Assembly (NCBI GenBank): GCA_964629655.1 | Contig: CAZVQU010000001.1 | Location: forward strand, 292,056 to 356,055 | Length of the DNA stretch: 64,000 bases | Direction: 5' to 3' | DNA from: an uncultured Planctomycetia bacterium | Lineage (GTDB): Bacteria; Omnitrophota; Gorgyraeia; Duberdicusellales; 4484-171 | Shown here: positions 58,857 through 64,000 of the stretch, piece after piece | Layout: each line of letters opens with the position of its first letter | Numbering within the stretch: position 1 is the first letter of the stretch | Made by a program: the position numbers and the translations under genes | Notes under the pieces: generated by a model | Seen by the model: the letters and a program-made list of their open reading frames with translations, nothing else | Database searches by the model: none | Told to the model about the DNA's origin: nothing

Positions 58857-59997
58857 ATCTAAAATCCTTGCTTGCTTTTGTTGCCACCTCTTCTATTGTC
58901 TTGCAGACACAATATATATCATCTTTGGTGTTACGTGTAGAACTTGGTAAGCATAAACCTCCGGCATAAATAGAGTAAGCATTTTTGTACTCGTCCTTTT
59001 TATATATCTTATAAGGTATAAATTCTACTACCGGCATAAAAATTCTTCGTGTGGGAACACCTTTTCTTTTTAGTGCGATTTGCAAGTTTCCTATCTCTAT
59101 TCCTCTATCAAAAGCAATGCATGTAAACCAATAACTACTCTCTGCATCCTGGAATTCTTCTTGAAAATGAATGTTATCTATATTCCCAAGTTCACTCCGG
59201 TATATATGATTGAACACCCTCTTTTTATTTAGAAACTTGTCGATTTTTTCCATCTGAGCGAGGCCTAAAGCAGCTTCAATATTCGTCATCCTATAATTAA
59301 AACCTACTTCGGAATAATAATATCTATTTGATTTACTTCGCGCCTGATTTGCTAAAAACTTTATGTGCTCTAAGCCTCTGGCATCCTCGCCTACTACCAT
59401 TCCGCCACCGCCAGTTGTGACTATCTTATTGCCGTTAAAGCTAAAACATCCGTAATCCCCAAAAGTCCCCATATTCTTTCTTCTATACTTAGCGCCCAAA
59501 CTTTCTGCGGCGTCTTCTATTACATAAAGATTATGGCGCTTAGCAATATCCATTATTATATCCATCTGGCAAGGATTGCCGTAAAGATGGACCGGTATTA
59601 TTGCTTTTGTCTTTTTGGTTATTGCTTTCTCCATCTTCTCCGGGTCAATATTCCAAGTAGCACTATCAACATCTACAAAAACTGGTTTCGCACCAACATG
59701 CACAACAGCATTAGCAGTTGCAACAAATGTTAAAACAGGAACAATTACCTCATCCTGAGAACCTATCCCGAGTTCGTATAAAGCCATAAGAAGAGCTGCT
59801 GTTCCGCTTTGGGTAGAAACAGCTTTTTTTGCCCCTAAATAGCTCCTGACCTTTTCCTCAAACTCCGAAACATATGGTCCTGCCGTAGAAACATATCCGT
59901 CATCAATGGCTCTATTCAAATACTCTTTCTCCAAACCATCAACATTTGGTGCATCCAAATGTATTTCTCTCTGCTTTGTGTCCAACTTTTTTAACAT
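58846..59997 (-). CDS. legC: LegC-type DegT aminotransferase
   Basis: VSTAGPYV, SGTAAL, IEDAAESLG, FSFNGNKIVTTGGGG and GFNYRM motifs. Confidence 0.8.
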   Translation of the reverse strand: MLKKLDTKQREIHLDAPNVDGLEKEYLNRAIDDGYVSTAGPYVSEFEEKVRSYLGAKKAVSTQSGTAALLMALYELGIGSQDEVIVPVLTFVATANAVVHVGAKPVFVDVDSATWNIDPEKMEKAITKKTKAIIPVHLYGNPCQMDIIMDIAKRHNLYVIEDAAESLGAKYRRKNMGTFGDYGCFSFNGNKIVTTGGGGMVVGEDARGLEHIKFLANQARSKSNRYYYSEVGFNYRMTNIEAALGLAQMEKIDKFLNKKRVFNHIYRSELGNIDNIHFQEEFQDAESSYWFTCIAFDRGIEIGNLQIALKRKGVPTRRIFMPVVEFIPYKIYKKDEYKNAYSIYAGGLCLPSSTRNTKDDIYCVCKTIEEVATKASKDFRYVN

Positions 59998-60025
59998 ATC
60001 ATTTTACGTTTAATATTTTTTAAAA

Positions 60026-61465
60026 TTACTTCCCCTTAATTAAGATCTTTAATAGTATCAAGGCAGTCCGCATTTTCCTCCTAAATGACCTGCAATACTT
60101 GATATCCTGTCTTACGACAGGGAATACATAAATTAATCTAAAAATTCTATTAGGAGGTAATTTAATCAGCTTCTTAATTAAAGGCTCTAACCACTTATGC
60201 TTCACTAATAGATAAAAGAAATAATGTATGTTTATCAGTTCTGCTGCCTGCTTCAATTTTAGAGGCATTAAGACTCTGTCGCCAACGTAATAGATTTGAA
60301 ATCCAGTATCGGACTCAGAAAAATCATAATCTGGCAACAAAAAACCGGCATCCTTGGCATACTCATTGATTTCGGTTCTTGGATATGGTTGTAGAATAGT
60401 GACTCTGGCCATCTCAGGCTTAAACAACCTATTTAGTTCTACTGTTTTCATAGCAGTAGAAACGGTTTCATGAGGAACGCCGATAATATTAGCTATCTGA
60501 ACTCGTATCTTATATTTATTAAATAATCGCCCCCCCCCTACAATCTGCTTATCTGTCATATCTCTCTTCAAAATATTCTTCCTGATCCATTCATCTCCAT
60601 GCTCAATTGCAAAATCAATTCTATCGCACTTAGCTTCCTTCATTTTTTTAACCATCTCTTCATCAACTAAATCAATGCGTACGTTACACAGAAAAGGAAT
60701 ATCTATTTCCTGTTTATACCGATCTAAAAAAGTCATAAACCATTCCCTGTTGACATTAAGAGTGTCGGTAATAATCTGAAGCCATTTCATTCCATACTTA
60801 TCCCGAACATACTTAATCTCCGCAATTGCTTTGTCTACATCTAGGCAACGGATGTATTGACCTTTACCGGCATACATTTTCTTTAAGGCATTATTAAAAC
60901 AATAGGTACAACTAAAAGGGCAGCCTCTTACAAGGAATATGCTTTTAGTTGGTTCATCTCGTAATTCGAGATATTTGTCATAGTATAACTCTCTATCATA
61001 TATAGGTAACTCATTTATATCAACCAAATCACATAAATCGTTTTTATATATATTTCCATTCCTCTTTACCCACAAATTCTTAATATTAGTAAAATCGTGC
61101 CCCCTGTCAATACGGTTAGCCAACTCCAAAAAAGCATATTCTCCTTCACCGATGCATATTGCATCTAAGCACCTTTGCTTAATGACTTCCGGAAAAAAAG
61201 TAGGATGTGGACCGCCCATTATAATAAAAGCATCTGAAAATTTTCTTAATTCAACAGCCCAATTCAAAGCAAGTTTATTGTTAGCAGTCATTGTCGAAAA
61301 AGCAATAATATTAGGCTTGTAATCCAACACATCTTGGACAATATTTTTGCTTTTTGACTGGATAAACATTTCACATTGATGGCCTCCCTTTTTTAATACC
61401 GCTGAGAGAGCCATCGCTCCAAACCTAGTCCTTATTTCTCGTTGCACAAATGCGATCCTCGCCAT
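60026..61465 (-). CDS. Cobalamin-dependent radical SAM protein
   Basis: GAMALSA, GGPHPT, GEGE, RGCPFSCTYC, AIEHG and PYPRT motifs. Confidence 0.92.
   Translation of the reverse strand: MARIAFVQREIRTRFGAMALSAVLKKGGHQCEMFIQSKSKNIVQDVLDYKPNIIAFSTMTANNKLALNWAVELRKFSDAFIIMGGPHPTFFPEVIKQRCLDAICIGEGEYAFLELANRIDRGHDFTNIKNLWVKRNGNIYKNDLCDLVDINELPIYDRELYYDKYLELRDEPTKSIFLVRGCPFSCTYCFNNALKKMYAGKGQYIRCLDVDKAIAEIKYVRDKYGMKWLQIITDTLNVNREWFMTFLDRYKQEIDIPFLCNVRIDLVDEEMVKKMKEAKCDRIDFAIEHGDEWIRKNILKRDMTDKQIVGGGRLFNKYKIRVQIANIIGVPHETVSTAMKTVELNRLFKPEMARVTILQPYPRTEINEYAKDAGFLLPDYDFSESDTGFQIYYVGDRVLMPLKLKQAAELINIHYFFYLLVKHKWLEPLIKKLIKLPPNRIFRLIYVFPVVRQDIKYCRSFRRKMRTALILLKILIKGK
60530..60538. repeat. C9 homopolymer (G9 on the coding strand) inside a B12 radical SAM gene
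   Basis: The plus strand reads ...aatcg-ccccccccc-ta..., encoding V-G-G-G-R in frame. Confidence 0.9.
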
Positions 61466-61532
61466 CTATATATTCCCCTTATTTAGTTATTTTTCTTACT
61501 ATCTAGTACTAAAGATACTCAACAATGCCCCT

Positions 61533-62531
61533 CTATATATTATAAATATCCGACTTATAGAGATTCATGCTTCCTTTGCCCTTAAACCATTCTATTGTTT
61601 CTTTCAACCCTTGATCCAAAGTGTAAACTGGCTTCCACCTTGTTAGTTCTTTTATTTTCTTATTACTTCCCAGCAGCCTTTCCACTTCACTGTTCTTCGG
61701 CCTAATCCTTGCATCATCCGTAATAATTTTGGTATTACAATTCATATTCTTAATAATTGTTTTGGCAAGGTCTCCTATGGATATTTCAGTCTGGGTCGCA
61801 ATGTTTACCTCTTCGCCAATTGTCTTATCTGACTTTGCGATATCTATGAAACCATCTACAACATCTTTGACAAACACCAAATCTCGTGTGGGTGTAAGTG
61901 AGCCGAGTTGAATCTCCTTTTTTCCAGATAACACCTGGGTTATAATCGTAGGAATTATTGCTCTTGCAGACTGACGAGGCCCGTAAGTATTAAATGGTCT
62001 AGCGATCACTATGGGCAGATTAAAGCTCCTGTAAAATGACTCTGCAACATAATCAGCTCCGATCTTTGTTGCCGAATAGGGTGATTGAGCCTGCTTAGGA
62101 TGTTTTTCATCAATGGGAACATACTGTGCTGTCCCATACACCTCAGATGTTGAAGTAACTAATACCTTCTTTACTCCATAGTCTCTAGCTGCGTGTAAAA
62201 CATTAAGTGTTCCTTTTATATTCGTATCAACATAGCTATCAGAAGAAACGTAACTAAAAGGGATTCCTATTAAAGCCGCCAAATGAAATATAATATCTAT
62301 GCCTTCTATCGCTTTTTTAACTCTATTGAAATCTCTTATATCGCCTGTGAAAACTTCTATCTTATTCAAACTTTCCTTAGGCAAACTTTCAAGCCAACCC
62401 CAGGAATTGAATGAATTGTAATAAGCAAAAGCTCTTATCTCGCACTCTTCCAGCAATAATCTTTCAACGAGATGGCTTCCAATAAATCCATCCGCGCCTG
62501 TTATTAGTATTTTCTTTTTTCTAATATCCAT
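61533..62531 (-). CDS. legB: NAD-dependent 4,6-dehydratase, LegB type
   Basis: TGADGFIGSH, YNSFNSWGWL, HLAALIGIPFSY, YSATK and RPFNTYGPRQSARA motifs. Confidence 0.9.
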   Translation of the reverse strand: MDIRKKKILITGADGFIGSHLVERLLLEECEIRAFAYYNSFNSWGWLESLPKESLNKIEVFTGDIRDFNRVKKAIEGIDIIFHLAALIGIPFSYVSSDSYVDTNIKGTLNVLHAARDYGVKKVLVTSTSEVYGTAQYVPIDEKHPKQAQSPYSATKIGADYVAESFYRSFNLPIVIARPFNTYGPRQSARAIIPTIITQVLSGKKEIQLGSLTPTRDLVFVKDVVDGFIDIAKSDKTIGEEVNIATQTEISIGDLAKTIIKNMNCNTKIITDDARIRPKNSEVERLLGSNKKIKELTRWKPVYTLDQGLKETIEWFKGKGSMNLYKSDIYNI

Positions 62532-62544
62532 TGCATAACTTTTC

Positions 62545-64000
62545 TTAATGGACAGATAATGTCAACTCATACAAATTGCTACGTAACCTTTCCAAAGCCT
62601 TATCATCATCAAAAGTATCATATTCCCGAATCTCTTGTTCGCTGATTACATCCCTGCATTTAAATTTTCCGTTTAGAATATTATCTATCTGTTTAAAAAG
62701 AAGACTTTTATCCTTCAATACTATTACATCTTTATACTTTTTGGCAAAAGGGTGGCAGTTATTATTATTAAGATCAAAATATAGAGCATCTTTACCGCAA
62801 ATCAAAGCTATCGTAGAGGGACTATTTAAACCCATATTTATACAAACATCGGATACGGCAATAATTTCTTCAATGCCCCATTCTAAAGGGCTAAGATAAT
62901 TAAAATTATCAAAACTGGTGAGTTGATCCCAAATTTTTTTAAATTGGCCGTAATAGCTGTCGGTTATCCTTTCGGCGTAGGTCATTTCTTTTTTTGCCTT
63001 CAATAATACATTGATTTCTTTATTCTTTTTACAAAATTCACTTATCAACATCAAATATTCAAGAATGGAAGATTGCGTAAAAAGAGAGTAATCAGCAAAA
63101 GATGTATCAAAAAACGTTACTATTTTTTTGCCCCTTTTAAAATTAGCTATTCTGGCAATGGTACTTTCCTTATTTTTTACTGCTTTACTATACTCGTTCT
63201 TAAAAATACATCCTATGCTAATTTTTTTATCAACAAAATAATTTTCTGAATGATAGTCGTAATGGATATCACCCCATATAAAATAAATATTATGAGCGAT
63301 AAAAGCGTAATCCGTTGTTTTATAAACAGTCAGATCGCTCCAGTGAAAAATTACATTTTGCGTACCATACTTATTTAAAATAATTGTTTCGGCAATATCA
63401 TCATAATCAATGAAGGAAATATTACATCCGATTCTGTATCTGTTTAGAAAAACTTCCAGGGAAAAAGTCCGTTTAAAAAAATAGAGAAATTTATAGAATA
63501 GGTAACTTTGTTTCGTGAAAAGAAGCTTTGAATATAAAAATAAAGGAGTAAGAAAATACAAACCTAAAACTTTTAAAAAGTTGCTCCTAATATTAAAAGG
63601 GATATTGCACGCAGATACAGTATGAAACCCTCTTTCCTTGGCAGCATTAAATACTCTATTCCTTATGGTGTTCTTATTGTAGAATTGGTAAAGCAAAATA
63701 TCGTCGTTCGTAAAATATTTACCATCGATGAGAATATCGTCTCGGTCGACTTTGCGATGGAATCCGGCACAGGACTCTGTTGATAATTTAAAATATGGCC
63801 GCGCTTTTCCAACAACGACTCCTCTTCTTACAAGCTCTTTTATTAACCATGCCCAATAATAAAGAAAGAAAAAGATATTTGTAAAATTGTTGAAAAAGAT
63901 AACCTTGACGTGCCCTGTAAATTGATGCTTAAATTTATCAACAACATATCGATTAATCCTATCGTCCTTTAGTATCAATGTACTTTCTTTACCAAGATTT
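62545..64000 (-). CDS. Uncharacterised glycan-biosynthesis protein (GT-B-like C-terminus); 5' end probably beyond the window
   Basis: The frame stays open from the TTG at 63978 to the window end (..NLGKESTL..). It contains FIWG, FFDTSF and SDVCINMGLNSPSTIAL. Confidence 0.55.
   Translation of the reverse strand, partial: NLGKESTLILKDDRINRYVVDKFKHQFTGHVKVIFFNNFTNIFFFLYYWAWLIKELVRRGVVVGKARPYFKLSTESCAGFHRKVDRDDILIDGKYFTNDDILLYQFYNKNTIRNRVFNAAKERGFHTVSACNIPFNIRSNFLKVLGLYFLTPLFLYSKLLFTKQSYLFYKFLYFFKRTFSLEVFLNRYRIGCNISFIDYDDIAETIILNKYGTQNVIFHWSDLTVYKTTDYAFIAHNIYFIWGDIHYDYHSENYFVDKKISIGCIFKNEYSKAVKNKESTIARIANFKRGKKIVTFFDTSFADYSLFTQSSILEYLMLISEFCKKNKEINVLLKAKKEMTYAERITDSYYGQFKKIWDQLTSFDNFNYLSPLEWGIEEIIAVSDVCINMGLNSPSTIALICGKDALYFDLNNNNCHPFAKKYKDVIVLKDKSLLFKQIDNILNGKFKCRDVISEQEIREYDTFDDDKALERLRSNLYELTLSVH

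Noticed and set aside
2003-62899. Remaining short plus-strand and nested minus-strand ORFs of 60-160 aa
   Set aside because: All overlap well-supported genes and lack motifs. None looks like a RiPP precursor for the SPASM enzymes.
1-64000. CRISPR arrays, tRNA/rRNA, IS elements, alternative genetic code, firm taxonomy
   Set aside because: I saw no spaced repeats, RNA-gene signatures or transposases. TGA acts as a normal stop at ATGA overlaps (e.g. 3066-3069, 4112-4115). No marker gene is present to assign a lineage.

Overview
This is an AT-rich bacterial window in which every credible gene (about 55 CDS) lies on the minus strand with short gaps or overlaps. It is an internal 64-kb slice of a very large cell-surface glycan (O-antigen, capsule or S-layer glycan) biosynthesis locus that runs off both window edges. 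In transcription order it holds: (i) a legionaminic-acid-type pathway (LegB, LegC, NeuD-like acyltransferase, NeuB, NeuC, CBS-nucleotidyltransferase, NeuA-like, WbuX-type amidotransferase), interrupted by a cobalamin radical SAM gene and a FabH-ACP-SDR acyl module; (ii) a second CMP-ulosonate-like module (HpcH aldolase, KdsB-like, Gfo/Idh/MocA, D-2-hydroxyacid dehydrogenase, IMPase, HisC-like, three methyltransferases, TagF-like transferase); (iii) a Wzy/WaaL-like protein, a DegT/GNAT/FAD/GT-C block, AsnB and WecB; (iv) tandem B12 radical SAMs, two sulfotransferases, Wzx, a glycosidase-like beta-propeller and three SGNH proteins; (v) an FnlA/RmlD-like/2-epimerase trio (L-QuiNAc-type) and an initiating polyprenyl-phosphate sugar transferase. 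The most unusual features are seven radical SAM enzymes (four B12-dependent) in one glycan locus, an in-frame G9 tract in one of them, and two small probable gene remnants. All family calls come from motif recognition in the translations; no database search was run. No rRNA, tRNA, CRISPR array or transposase was recognised.
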